DNA from: Dechloromonas sp.
GTDB taxonomy: Bacteria > Pseudomonadota > Gammaproteobacteria > Burkholderiales > Rhodocyclaceae
DNA: 64,000 nucleotides
Reading direction: 5' to 3'
Assembly: GCA_028689015.1 (NCBI GenBank)
Contig: JAQTXC010000005.1
Span: 3,107 to 67,106 of the forward strand
Shown: one piece after another, positions 8,568 through 18,286 of the stretch
How positions within the stretch are numbered: position 1 is the stretch's first letter
Layout of the letters: each line of letters begins with the position of its first letter
Program-made: the position numbers and the translations under genes
Notes under the pieces: model-generated
The model's database searches: none
Told to the model about the DNA's origin: nothing
The model's input: the letters and a program-made list of their open reading frames with translations, nothing else

Positions 8568-10202
8568 TTACCCCAGGCGCGCCAACAAACACGCGGCAGC
8601 CGTTTGGTGCATGACCAACACCAGCTTCATCGAACTACGCGTTGCCCCGACAAACAGTTTGCGCAAAGCCTTGTCGTCCAGCACGTCACAATCTATTTCG
8701 GTCAGGATGATCGCCGGTGCCGCCTGACCCTTGAAGCGATAGACCGAGTCCACCAGGACATCGCCATCGGTGTACACCGGCTGGCCCAGTAAGTCGTATT
8801 CGCCGGTGAAATGGCGCAATGAGGTTGTTCCGAGTTTGTCGAGGGTGGTCAGGTGCGACTGCTCCCGACCGTGATAGCTGATGATGGCCAAATCATGTTT
8901 CTTGAAACCGGCGGCATAGCATAGCCGGATGCCTTCCTTGACCCGGGCAAACATGCCCGCGGTATCCTCGTAATCCAGAATTTCAATGTCCTCGCCAATA
9001 AAAGGAGAGGCCGCTTCGATGTCCACATGGCCCGGCATCAAGCGCTTGAGCAAATCGACCACGGGCCGGGGACTGCGATAATTGGTGTTGGCCCGCATCG
9101 TGATAAAACCCGGCAAGGCAATGGGCGTGCGGCCATAGAGGTTCTGCACCGGGTCCTCCAGCCAGACAATGCGAGCCTCCGTTCGCGCATGACGGAAAAT
9201 GAAGTCACGCCATTTTTCGGAAATATCCTGCCCCTCATCCACGATCAGGGTATCGAACAGGAAGCTGGCACCGATTGGTAACTCAGCCGCCCGTTTCTGA
9301 ATTTTATCGAACGCATCGGGTTGACCGTAGTAAGGCACTTCTCCGGCATGGCGGATACGTTGCTCGCAAAGCTGATGGAAGGTCACTGCCAAACCGCCAC
9401 GAGGCGCGATCCGGCTGAAATGGTCGGCCAGTGGCCGGTTGTAACAAACATAGAGCGGGCGCTTGCCAGCCGCCAAACTAGCCCGAAACTCAGCCAGGGC
9501 CAGTTGCGTCTTCCCCGACCCGGCAGTGCCCGTGACCCGCAAGCGAAATGGCTCGAACTCCAAGCGTCTTGCCCAATGTGCCAAGCCACCGGAAATTCGG
9601 GTCACCAAGGCCTTGGCCTGCCCCATCAGCGCGCTGACATCCGGCTCAAGCTGGATCAGGTCGCGCAAGAATGCGTGCACCTTTGCCGTTGCCGGGGTTT
9701 CCTCGCGCAGCGGAAGCAGTTTCTCGACAATTTTGCACAATTGCCCACGTCGACCGGCGTCAACAATCCGTTCAGGCACCAGCCCAGCCGTTTCCGGTTG
9801 CTTGACGGCGTAATCCGGGCAATAGAGCAGGGCATCCGTGTGAATCAGGGGAATGTCACCCCGCGTGGCGAGCTTGCCTCGCAGATTGCTGACCATGCGG
9901 GAAATCTGCACCGCGACATTTTTTGATTTGCGAGGATATTGCTTTACCAGACCCTCTGGCGTTTCCTCCAGAAATCCACATTTCTGCTCGATCAGCAGCA
10001 AGTCCCCCGCGCAATTCACGACAGCAAAATCAATTTCCCCATAAATCGCGTGCTGTCCATCCATGCCTGTCCAGTGCACGCCGTGATACACGCTGTAGTC
10101 ATCTGGCAGTCCCTCTGCCAGGATTTCAAGCGTCTCAATTTCGCGCTTCGCTGCACCTGTCACTGCGAGTTCACGCCAACCATCGGGAATGATGCGGGCC
10201 AT
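8568..10202 (-). CDS. NERD nuclease fused to SF1 (UvrD-like) helicase/ATPase
   Basis: NERD motif EID...LLIEQK; Walker A GTAGSGKT; Walker B LIVDEGQD; motifs EDPVQNLY, NYRS, RFKG, FVGATRS. Confidence 0.85.
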   Translation of the reverse strand: MARIIPDGWRELAVTGAAKREIETLEILAEGLPDDYSVYHGVHWTGMDGQHAIYGEIDFAVVNCAGDLLLIEQKCGFLEETPEGLVKQYPRKSKNVAVQISRMVSNLRGKLATRGDIPLIHTDALLYCPDYAVKQPETAGLVPERIVDAGRRGQLCKIVEKLLPLREETPATAKVHAFLRDLIQLEPDVSALMGQAKALVTRISGGLAHWARRLEFEPFRLRVTGTAGSGKTQLALAEFRASLAAGKRPLYVCYNRPLADHFSRIAPRGGLAVTFHQLCEQRIRHAGEVPYYGQPDAFDKIQKRAAELPIGASFLFDTLIVDEGQDISEKWRDFIFRHARTEARIVWLEDPVQNLYGRTPIALPGFITMRANTNYRSPRPVVDLLKRLMPGHVDIEAASPFIGEDIEILDYEDTAGMFARVKEGIRLCYAAGFKKHDLAIISYHGREQSHLTTLDKLGTTSLRHFTGEYDLLGQPVYTDGDVLVDSVYRFKGQAAPAIILTEIDCDVLDDKALRKLFVGATRSSMKLVLVMHQTAAACLLARLG

Positions 10203-10261
10203 AAGCCTTCCTGAATTATGAGGAAAGCATCGAGCTTAATGCATTCATCAAGCCGCGACCA

Positions 10262-10548
10262 GACGTGACGACGGGGACCGAAGTCCCCGCCGGCTATCTT
10301 TGGTAACAAGGCTCTAGCAGCCCCGGCTAACCGTTTTTAGGCGGCAATAGCGAATTGCTCATCATTGGCAATTATGGATTTGCTTCATTAACGTCGATCG
10401 CCTGACGAGTTGCCTGCGCACCTTTGTCCGCCCTGTCGAAACCAGTACACCCCCAACCAAACACACTGCAGTCAATGCCCTTGGGTGGAGGTGAGGGGAA
10501 TCGAACCCCTGTCCAGAACGCCTCCAGATTGCTGGAATTACAACCATG
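10262..10548 (-). ncRNA. ssrA: Circularly permuted (two-piece) tmRNA gene
   Basis: Minus-strand order: acceptor piece ending T-arm AGGGG-TTCGATT-CCCCT plus CACCTCCA (10486); about 31-nt intervening segment; 5' acceptor strand GGGGGTG (10454) giving a G3:U70 pair; tag ORF ANDEQFAIAA* (10369-10337); terminal cUUCGg hairpin. Outer ends approximate. Confidence 0.95.
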
Positions 10549-10554
10549 CTTTCT

Positions 10555-10583
10555 ATTATGGGGGCGACGGTCGCATTGTTCAA
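10555..10583 (-). promoter_or_regulatory. Sigma70 promoter of ssrA
   Basis: TTGAAC(10583-10578)-N17-CATAAT(10560-10555), just upstream of the acceptor piece. Confidence 0.7.
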
Positions 10584-10613
10584 GACATCACCGTCGGTCC
10601 CAGGCTTCGCGGT

Positions 10614-11165
10614 TCAGCGATGGCACCAGGCCCGGCGCTGGTCATGACCACTCAGGCCACGCTGGCTTTCGCTGGCAGCCAGCGTCGACCGCACCCGACG
10701 AGTCGTCCCGTCAAACAAAACATTGAAGCGGGCCGGCTCGCCCCAGTCGTCGCAATAACGCCACTCCCAGACCCGTTCGTCACGGGCCGAGAAATACACC
10801 GTCCAGGCGGGAATCGGCGGCCCCAGCAGTTGCAGCACGGCCAGTTCATCCATGCCCGGTGCGATGCGGGCGAAGTGCCGGGGATCGAGAACATTTTCCT
10901 GGCTGAGCAAGCGACCACTGGCATCGCTGCGCAGCATCCAGGTATGAAAACCCATCGGTCCGCGCGGATAGACACGCACCTGTTCGCCATTTTCAGCCTG
11001 CCAGTGCATGGCCGGCGCGCCGATCATGCGCTCAACATCAGCCACCGTACTGTGCCCCAGCGTGAAACCCTGGCCACCATAGCCGGCGCAAGCCGATAAC
11101 AGTGACACCAGCACGGCAATCAGGCCACAGCGGGCACGCGCCCCCACCACCCGGCGGGTTGCCAT
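10614..11165 (-). CDS. Lipoprotein with two SmpA/OmlA-like repeats
   Basis: Lipobox LLSAC; repeats STVADVERMIGAP and MDELAVLQLLGPP. Confidence 0.7.
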   Translation of the reverse strand: MATRRVVGARARCGLIAVLVSLLSACAGYGGQGFTLGHSTVADVERMIGAPAMHWQAENGEQVRVYPRGPMGFHTWMLRSDASGRLLSQENVLDPRHFARIAPGMDELAVLQLLGPPIPAWTVYFSARDERVWEWRYCDDWGEPARFNVLFDGTTRRVRSTLAASESQRGLSGHDQRRAWCHR

Positions 11166-11166
11166 C

Positions 11167-11763
11167 TCAGCCGCCGTTCTGATAACTCAACAAACGCTCG
11201 CAATAACGGGCGATCAGGTCAATTTCCAAATTGACCTTACTTCCCGGCTGCAGGCGGTTGAGGGTGGTGTTTTCCAGGGTATGGGGGATCAGGTTGATGG
11301 TGAAATCGTTGCCATTGACCGCGTTGGTGGTCAGGCTGGTGCCATCGACAACGATCGAGCCCTTGCGGGCGATGTATTTAGCGATGTCTCCCGGCACCCG
11401 GATTTCAAGCAGTCGGTTGTCACCGACAGGATCGAAACGCAGCACTTCGCCAACCCCGTCGACATGGCCGGAGACCAGATGACCGCCGATGACGTCCGCC
11501 AGCCGCAGCGCCTTTTCCAGATTAACCGGCCCCGGCGCATCAAGACCGACCGTGCAGGACAGGGTTTCCGGCGAGACATCGACCATGAAGCAGTTGCCTT
11601 CCTTGGCCACCACGGTCAGGCAGACGCCGTTATGGGCAATCGAGTCACCCAGCGCCACATCATCAATATTCAAGGCAGCGGCGTCGACATGCAACCGATA
11701 GCCGACTTCGCGCGGGGTGAGTTCGGTGATGCGGCCGACCGCCGCGACAATTCCAGAAAACAT
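11167..11763 (-). CDS. ribE: Riboflavin synthase alpha chain
   Basis: MFSGIV N-terminus, GDSIAHNGVCLTV, GHLVSGHVDG, VNLEID. Confidence 0.95.
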   Translation of the reverse strand: MFSGIVAAVGRITELTPREVGYRLHVDAAALNIDDVALGDSIAHNGVCLTVVAKEGNCFMVDVSPETLSCTVGLDAPGPVNLEKALRLADVIGGHLVSGHVDGVGEVLRFDPVGDNRLLEIRVPGDIAKYIARKGSIVVDGTSLTTNAVNGNDFTINLIPHTLENTTLNRLQPGSKVNLEIDLIARYCERLLSYQNGG

Positions 11764-11835
11764 GGCAATAAACCCGTCAGACGAAAAATGGGCACTTTAG
11801 CACGTCGACCGCGCACATCCGGCGCGGGCGCCGGC

Positions 11836-13545
11836 TCAAAACTCGGCGACTTTGCCGTATTTTTTGGCGACCGTCACATAGAGATTGCGGGCGGCAGCCA
11901 GCTTGGGGCTCTTGCGATCACGGGCCTGCGCCTGGCGTAGATAGGCCAGCGCCCGCAGCGCCAAGTCCTCATCCCAGCCCTGACGATCCAAAAGCGTGTA
12001 AATCGACTTGGCCGCATTAACCAGGAACTGCAGGTTGGGCACTTGGTCGGCCGCCTGCATCAGCAATTTGACGGCCTCAGCCAGATCACCACTGCGTGCT
12101 GCTAGCACGCCTCGATTATTGAGTTCGATAATTTCACGCTCAACCGAGGCCAGCAAGGCCTTGCCAGCGTCGGCCCGGCCGGTTTTCTCGAACACACGAT
12201 GAATGTGACCCAGCAAATGGGGGTCATCGTTATTCTCCGCCGCCACCTGACGCATTAATCGATGACCCGCCGCATCATCCCCACTGCCGTAGCAGGCATG
12301 CGCCAGATCAACCAGCAAACGGTGCGAAGCATGACCGCCGTTCTGAGTCAGCTCACTGCCAAGCCGCTGCTGTGCCAGCTGCGCCTGCTCCAACAGCGGC
12401 TTGGCCTTGTCCGGCAAGCCTTCGCTTTGCAGACAAAGACTCTCAATGACCAGTGATGCCAGTTCCAGTTGCTTGTCGTAACGGCATTCTCGCTTCATGT
12501 CCGTCATCACTCGCCGGGCCGCCTCGGCGTCGCCGCGCGCCACCAGGGTGCGCGACAGGTTGGCAAAATCATCGACTGTCTGCAGGCTGGAGCCATGACT
12601 GCGTTCAAGCACTTTGCCGAAGGCTTTTTCGGCAGCCAGCAGATCATGATTGCGCAACGCCACATCCCCCACCATGCGCTGGCGCATGGTGTTGTGCGGC
12701 GAGGCGTCGGCGGCCCGTTGCAGCGCCTGCTGGGCATCGTGTAAGCGCCCTCGCGCCTCGTTGACCGCGGCTAAAAAATCGTAGGCTCCCAAAAATTGCG
12801 GCGCATCGACCAGGACTGCTTCAGCCAGTCCGGCGGCTTCATCAAGCGCCCCACGCTCACGCAGGCTCTTGGCCAGCCCCATGCGCGCCCAAGGCACAAC
12901 CTTGCCTTCAAGGACCTGCCGATAAACCGCTTCCGCCTCGTCGCTACGGCCCAACTGATGCAGCAGCTCTCCTTTGAAACGCAGGCCGTCGTACATATAC
13001 ACGGGCTGCTGCTGGATGACCCGGTCACACGCCAGAATGGCCTCTTCCAGCGCCCCGTGATTGATTTTGTCGTAAATATGGCGCAGCACATACTGCCGGA
13101 AGATGGTCCGCACCAGACGACCTTTGAGTTGCTCAGCGGTAAAAGGCTTGACCAGGTAATCATCCGGTGCCAGCTCGGCCAGGGCAACGACGTTGCTGTA
13201 GCTGCGTTCGCTGGTGATGATGACGTAGACCGTCCCGAGCGGAATCAGGTGGGCGTAACGCAATTCTTCCAGCAACTGCTGGCCGTCACGACCATCATCG
13301 AGAATGAAGTCGGACAGGATGATGTCGAAGCGATTGGCCCGTACCTGACGGATAACTTCGGCGGAATTACCCGCCCCATGGACCGCAGTCACGCCAAGGC
13401 TCCCCAACATCAGACGCAGGGAATCACGCGCCGGCGCGTGACGATCGACGATCAATACCCGCTTCTTGGTCAACGATTGCTGCAAGATGAGCAGCATATC
13501 GTCATCATCGAGCGCGCTGGGAGACTTTCCGACTGGAGATGGCAT
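11836..13545 (-). CDS. Response-regulator receiver domain plus TPR repeats
   Basis: REC (RVLIVD...IILSD...YLVKPF) followed by TPR-like helices; start placed at ATG 13545 because the ORF-track extension overlaps mnmG. Confidence 0.8.
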   Translation of the reverse strand: MPSPVGKSPSALDDDDMLLILQQSLTKKRVLIVDRHAPARDSLRLMLGSLGVTAVHGAGNSAEVIRQVRANRFDIILSDFILDDGRDGQQLLEELRYAHLIPLGTVYVIITSERSYSNVVALAELAPDDYLVKPFTAEQLKGRLVRTIFRQYVLRHIYDKINHGALEEAILACDRVIQQQPVYMYDGLRFKGELLHQLGRSDEAEAVYRQVLEGKVVPWARMGLAKSLRERGALDEAAGLAEAVLVDAPQFLGAYDFLAAVNEARGRLHDAQQALQRAADASPHNTMRQRMVGDVALRNHDLLAAEKAFGKVLERSHGSSLQTVDDFANLSRTLVARGDAEAARRVMTDMKRECRYDKQLELASLVIESLCLQSEGLPDKAKPLLEQAQLAQQRLGSELTQNGGHASHRLLVDLAHACYGSGDDAAGHRLMRQVAAENNDDPHLLGHIHRVFEKTGRADAGKALLASVEREIIELNNRGVLAARSGDLAEAVKLLMQAADQVPNLQFLVNAAKSIYTLLDRQGWDEDLALRALAYLRQAQARDRKSPKLAAARNLYVTVAKKYGKVAEF

Positions 13546-13687
13546 GCGCGGAAAGTACTTGAGATCCCGTAGCCGAGCAAGACAAGCCTCGCGGTCGACG
13601 ACGGCAAATCTGTGATTTTTCAGCCACCTGACGTAAAATTCGCGGTCCTTTACCGCACTGCAGCAACGCTGCCAGAAAGCCCTACGC

Positions 13688-15586
13688 ATGCTGTACCCCA
13701 CCCGTTTTGACGTCATTGTGATCGGCGGCGGCCACGCCGGCACCGAGGCCGCGCTGGCCGCGGCGCGGGCGGGTGCGAACACACTGCTGCTGACGCATAA
13801 CCTGGATACGCTGGGGGCAATGAGCTGCAATCCATCGATCGGCGGCATTGGCAAGGGCCACCTGGTGCGCGAGGTCGACGCGCTGGGCGGGGCGATGGCA
13901 GCGGCGACCGACGAGGCCGGTATCCAGTTCCGCATCCTCAACGCCTCGAAAGGCCCAGCCGTACGTGCCACCCGCGCCCAGGCCGACCGCGTGCTGTACA
14001 AACAGGCGATCCGCGGTCGACTCGAAAATCAGCCTAATTTGACGATTTTTGCCGAAGCCTGCGATGACCTGATTGTCGAAGGCGAGCGCGTCGTTGGTGC
14101 CGTCACGCAACTCGGTATCCGCTTCATGGCCGAGGCCGTCGTCCTGACCGCTGGCACTTTCCTCAACGGCAAGATCCACGTCGGGTTGGAAAACTATACC
14201 GGCGGCCGCATGGGCGATCCGCCGTCAAACTCGCTGGCCGCCCGGCTGAAGGAGCTGAACCTGCCGCAGGGCCGCCTCAAGACCGGTACGCCACCGCGCC
14301 TGGACGGCAAGACCATCGACTTTTCGGTGATGGAAGAACAGCACTCGGACAACCCGATGCCGGTCTTCTCCTTCCTCGGCAATGCCGCCCAGCACCCGCG
14401 CCAGCTGCCGTGCTGGATCACCGAAACCAACGAAAAAACGCACGACATCATCCGCAGCGGGCTGGACCGTTCGCCGATGTACACCGGCGTTATCGAGGGC
14501 GTCGGGCCGCGTTACTGTCCGTCGATCGAGGACAAGATCCACCGCTTCGCCGACAAGAACAAGCACAACCTGTTTCTTGAGCCGGAAGGCCTGACGACGC
14601 ACGAGATCTACCCGAATGGCGTGTCTACCAGCCTGCCTTTCGACATCCAGCTGGCCCTGGTCCGTTCGATTCGCGGCCTGGAAAACTGCCACATCCTACG
14701 CCCCGGCTACGCCATCGAATACGATTTCTACGACCCGCGCGGCCTCAAGGACACGCTGGAATCAAAGGCAATCAACGGCCTGTTTTTCGCCGGCCAGATC
14801 AACGGCACCACCGGCTATGAAGAAGCGGCGGCGCAAGGCCTGCTGGCCGGCATCAATGCCGTGCGCTACATGCGCGGCGAAGAGGGCTGGTGCCCGAAAC
14901 GCAACGAAGCCTACCTCGGTGTGTTGGTCGACGACCTGATCACCCGTGGCGTTTCCGACCCCTACCGGATGTTCACCAGCCGGGCGGAATACCGCCTGAG
15001 CCTGCGCGAAGATAACGCCGACCTGCGTCTGACCGAACAGGGCCGCCAACTCGGCCTGGTCGATGACCTGCGCTGGTCCGCCTTCTGCCGCAAGCGCGAT
15101 GCCATCGCCAGCGAGCAGGAGCGCCTGAAAACGACCTGGGTCAATCCGAAAATCACGCAGACCGACGATTGCACGCGCATCCTCGGCAAAGCCATCGAGC
15201 ACGAATACAACCTGTTCGACCTGCTGCGCCGCCCGGAAGTCAGCTATCGCCACCTAATTTCGCTGGAAATCGACGGTCGACCGCAAGAAACGCCCGAAAT
15301 CGACGAAGCAGTCATCGAACAGCTGGAAATATCGGCCAAGTACCAGGGCTACATCGACCGCCAGGCTGACGAAGTCGCCAAGTCCAGCAGCTACGAAAGC
15401 ACGATCCTGCCCCCGGCGCTCGATTACGACGCCGTCGCCGGCTTGTCGAACGAGGTCAAGCAGAAGCTCAAGCAGCACCTGCCGCAAACCATCGGCCAGG
15501 CCTCGCGCATCCAGGGCATCACGCCAGCCGCCCTTTCGTTGCTGCTCATCCATCTCAAACGCCACAAACTGTCCGCTGCCGCATGA
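13688..15586 (+). CDS. mnmG: tRNA uridine-5-carboxymethylaminomethyl modification enzyme
   Basis: [41 protein letters not shown]. Confidence 0.98.
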   Translation: MLYPTRFDVIVIGGGHAGTEAALAAARAGANTLLLTHNLDTLGAMSCNPSIGGIGKGHLVREVDALGGAMAAATDEAGIQFRILNASKGPAVRATRAQADRVLYKQAIRGRLENQPNLTIFAEACDDLIVEGERVVGAVTQLGIRFMAEAVVLTAGTFLNGKIHVGLENYTGGRMGDPPSNSLAARLKELNLPQGRLKTGTPPRLDGKTIDFSVMEEQHSDNPMPVFSFLGNAAQHPRQLPCWITETNEKTHDIIRSGLDRSPMYTGVIEGVGPRYCPSIEDKIHRFADKNKHNLFLEPEGLTTHEIYPNGVSTSLPFDIQLALVRSIRGLENCHILRPGYAIEYDFYDPRGLKDTLESKAINGLFFAGQINGTTGYEEAAAQGLLAGINAVRYMRGEEGWCPKRNEAYLGVLVDDLITRGVSDPYRMFTSRAEYRLSLREDNADLRLTEQGRQLGLVDDLRWSAFCRKRDAIASEQERLKTTWVNPKITQTDDCTRILGKAIEHEYNLFDLLRRPEVSYRHLISLEIDGRPQETPEIDEAVIEQLEISAKYQGYIDRQADEVAKSSSYESTILPPALDYDAVAGLSNEVKQKLKQHLPQTIGQASRIQGITPAALSLLLIHLKRHKLSAAA

Positions 15587-16209
15587 GTCATCCATTGACC
15601 CTGGCCACCGGCCTGGCCGAACTAGGCCTCGACCTCTCCGCTGACACACAGCAGCAACTCCTCGCCTTCCGCGACCTGCTGCTGAAGTGGAACAGGACTT
15701 ACAACCTGACCGCACTGCGCGATCCAGCGCAGGCGATCTCGCATCACCTGCTCGATTCGCTGGCCATCCTGCCGCATGTCGGCACCGGCCCGTTGCTCGA
15801 CGTCGGTTCGGGTGGCGGTCTGCCGGGCATCCCACTCGCCATTGCCCGACCCCAGCTGGCCGTTCGCATGGTCGATACCGTGCAAAAAAAAGCCACTTTT
15901 CTGCAACAGGCGGCGATTGAACTGGGTTTGAAGAATGTTGCGGTCGACCACGCCCGGGTTGAAGAAATGCACGGACAATACGCGCAGATCAGCTCCCGCG
16001 CCTTTGCCGAACTGAAAACTTTTGTCGAGCTGACCCGCCACCTGCTGGCCCCGGGCGGGTGTTGGCTGGCCATGAAGGGCATGCGTCCCGATGACGAAAT
16101 TGCCGCCCTGCCGACAGACATCATCGTCGAGCAGATCATTCCGCTGCATGTGCCCGGCCTCGCCGCCGAGCGCCACCTGATTCGCCTGGTTTTGCCAGGC
16201 GCGGATTGA
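15583..16209 (+). CDS. rsmG: 16S rRNA m7G527 methyltransferase
   Basis: [32 protein letters not shown]; follows mnmG. Confidence 0.95.
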   Translation: MSHPLTLATGLAELGLDLSADTQQQLLAFRDLLLKWNRTYNLTALRDPAQAISHHLLDSLAILPHVGTGPLLDVGSGGGLPGIPLAIARPQLAVRMVDTVQKKATFLQQAAIELGLKNVAVDHARVEEMHGQYAQISSRAFAELKTFVELTRHLLAPGGCWLAMKGMRPDDEIAALPTDIIVEQIIPLHVPGLAAERHLIRLVLPGAD

Positions 16210-16215
16210 AAAAAC

Positions 16216-16977
16216 ATGAAAGTAATCGCCATCACCAATCAAAAGGGGGGCGTCGGCAAGACGACCACCGCCGTCAATCTGGCCGCCTCGCTCGGTGCCG
16301 AAGGACAGCGCGTCCTGCTGATCGATATGGACCCGCAGGGCAATGCCACCACCGGCTCCGGCATCACCAAAAAAGAAGCGCTGCCCACCGTCTATCAATT
16401 ACTAATCGGCGCCGCGACGCTGACTGAAGTCTGCATCAAGACCGACTTTGCCTTCGACGTTCTCCCCGCCAATCGCGAACTGGCCGGTGCCGAGGTCGAA
16501 CTGGTCGAGCTCGAGCAGCGTGAATACCGGCTCAAGCAGGCACTGCAACAAAATCACGACGAATACGACTTCGTCCTCATTGACTGCCCGCCAGCACTCA
16601 ACATGCTCACGGTCAACGCGCTGGTCGCTGCAGATTCCGTGCTGATCCCAATGCAGTGCGAGTATTACGCGCTAGAAGGCTTGTCCGACTTGGTCGAAAC
16701 CCTGCGCAAAATCCGCCACCACCTCAATTCGCGACTGGAAGTCGAAGGCCTGCTGCGCACCATGTACAACGGCCAAAGCACGCTGACCCAGCAGGTATCG
16801 AACGAGCTCGAAACCCATTTCGGCAACAAGGTTTACAAAACCATCGTGCCGCGCAACGTCCGCCTGGCCGAAGCACCATCCTATGGCAAGCCCGTCATCG
16901 CCTTCGACAAAAATTCAAAAGGCGCCCAAGCCTACAGCGCACTGGCCAAAGAAATTCTCGAAAGGGTTGCAGCATGA
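16216..16977 (+). CDS. parA: Chromosome partition ATPase
   Basis: Deviant Walker A KGGVGKT, DPQGNA, DCPP, RLAEAPSYG. Confidence 0.95.
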   Translation: MKVIAITNQKGGVGKTTTAVNLAASLGAEGQRVLLIDMDPQGNATTGSGITKKEALPTVYQLLIGAATLTEVCIKTDFAFDVLPANRELAGAEVELVELEQREYRLKQALQQNHDEYDFVLIDCPPALNMLTVNALVAADSVLIPMQCEYYALEGLSDLVETLRKIRHHLNSRLEVEGLLRTMYNGQSTLTQQVSNELETHFGNKVYKTIVPRNVRLAEAPSYGKPVIAFDKNSKGAQAYSALAKEILERVAA

Positions 16978-17825
16978 TGAAGATGAAAGGACTCGGCCGC
17001 GGCCTCGACGCCTTGCTCGCCGGCAGCGATAAGCCACAGGGCGACGAGCAACGCAATCTCCCGGTCGACCGCCTGAAACCGGGTAAATATCAGCCGCGCA
17101 CCCACATGGACGATGACGCGCTCGCTGAACTGGCTGCTTCGATCAAGACCCAGGGCGTCATGCAGCCCATCCTGGTGCGCGCCATTGACCCAACGCCAGG
17201 CGCCGAGCGCTATGAAATCGTCGCCGGTGAACGACGCTGGCGGGCCTCGCAACTCGCCGGCCTGACCGAGGTCCCGGTCCTGGTTCGCAACATTCCGGAT
17301 GAGCAAGCGCTCGCCATGGCGCTGATCGAGAACATCCAGCGCGAAAACCTTAATCCACTGGAAGAAGCCCACGGCCTGCAACGCCTGATCGACGAATTCG
17401 GCCTGACGCACCAACAGGCAGCGGACGCCGTCGGCCGCTCCCGCCCAGCCGCGAGCAATTTGCTCCGTTTACTGCAGTTGACCGCCACCGTCCAGGAAAT
17501 GCTAATCACCGGCAAACTGGACATGGGCCACGCTCGCGCCCTGCTCCCCCTGGCCGCACCGCAACAGGTAGCGGTCGCCCAGCGCATCATCCAGAAAGGA
17601 CTATCGGTACGCGATGCCGAGCGCCTCGTCCAGCAAATCACCCACCCATCCAAAAAAGCACCCCAAGCACCGGTCGACCGCGATCTGCTGCGCCTGCAGG
17701 AAGAACTGTCAGACGTCATCGGCGCCAGCGTCGCCATTCGTAGCTCAAAAAAAGGCAGCGGAAAAATAACCATTGAATTCAACGATCTGGATCAACTGGA
17801 CGGCATTCTCGGGCGTTTGCGTTAA
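16974..17825 (+). CDS. parB: Chromosome partition protein
   Basis: GLGRGLDALL, QPR, AGERRWRA, IENIQRENL; ATGA overlap with parA. Confidence 0.95.
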   Translation: MMKMKGLGRGLDALLAGSDKPQGDEQRNLPVDRLKPGKYQPRTHMDDDALAELAASIKTQGVMQPILVRAIDPTPGAERYEIVAGERRWRASQLAGLTEVPVLVRNIPDEQALAMALIENIQRENLNPLEEAHGLQRLIDEFGLTHQQAADAVGRSRPAASNLLRLLQLTATVQEMLITGKLDMGHARALLPLAAPQQVAVAQRIIQKGLSVRDAERLVQQITHPSKKAPQAPVDRDLLRLQEELSDVIGASVAIRSSKKGSGKITIEFNDLDQLDGILGRLR

Positions 17826-17870
17826 AGCCCACAAAAGGGAGCAGCTATTGCGGTAAACCCCTAATTCTCA

Positions 17871-17900
17871 TTGACGCACCGCCGCGCACTCTTGTATCAT
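17871..17900 (+). promoter_or_regulatory. Putative sigma70 promoter of the atp operon
   Basis: TTGACG-N18-TATCAT upstream of atpI. Confidence 0.55.
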
Positions 17901-17942
17901 TTATGTCTGTGCGGCATAGCCGGTCATCGATTGCAAAGCACC

Positions 17943-18284
17943 ATGTTGAAAGCAATTTTTCTGCAGATAGGTGCAGCACTTATTACAGCAATCGGGGCTG
18001 GTGCAATTGTAGGAACGCGGGGGCTTGTTTCGGTGGGGCTGGCAGCATTGGCTGCAATTCTTCCCAACCTTCTCTTTGCCATCCGGCTGACGATGGTGAA
18101 CAATCGCCCCGGCGCATCGTACGCGGCGAATTTCTTCATCGGTGAGTTTCTGAAAATTGCAGCCACCGTTGGATTACTAGTAATCGCCATCACGGGTTAT
18201 CCCGAGATGCATTGGCCCAGTCTGATGATTGGGCTTGCGGTTGTCTTGCATGCTGGTTTTATAGCGTTTTGGAAGAAATCCTGA
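17943..18284 (+). CDS. atpI: ATP synthase protein I
   Basis: Small hydrophobic protein with GEFLKI motif directly before atpB. Confidence 0.85.
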   Translation: MLKAIFLQIGAALITAIGAGAIVGTRGLVSVGLAALAAILPNLLFAIRLTMVNNRPGASYAANFFIGEFLKIAATVGLLVIAITGYPEMHWPSLMIGLAVVLHAGFIAFWKKS

Positions 18285-18286
18285 TT

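Noticed and set aside
10362-10726. ORF-track ORFs at 10362-10583 (-), 10410-11099 (+) and 10424-10726 (+)
   Set aside because: They overlap the tmRNA gene and the lipoprotein gene; shadow frames with no motifs.
11764-11835. FMN riboswitch upstream of ribE
   Set aside because: The gap is too short and has no RFN consensus.
13546-13687. Possible oriC upstream of mnmG
   Set aside because: No TTATCCACA-like boxes or AT-rich unwinding element seen.
13546-14001. N-terminal extension of the REC-TPR ORF (721 aa)
   Set aside because: It overlaps mnmG antisense; the real domain starts near 13545.
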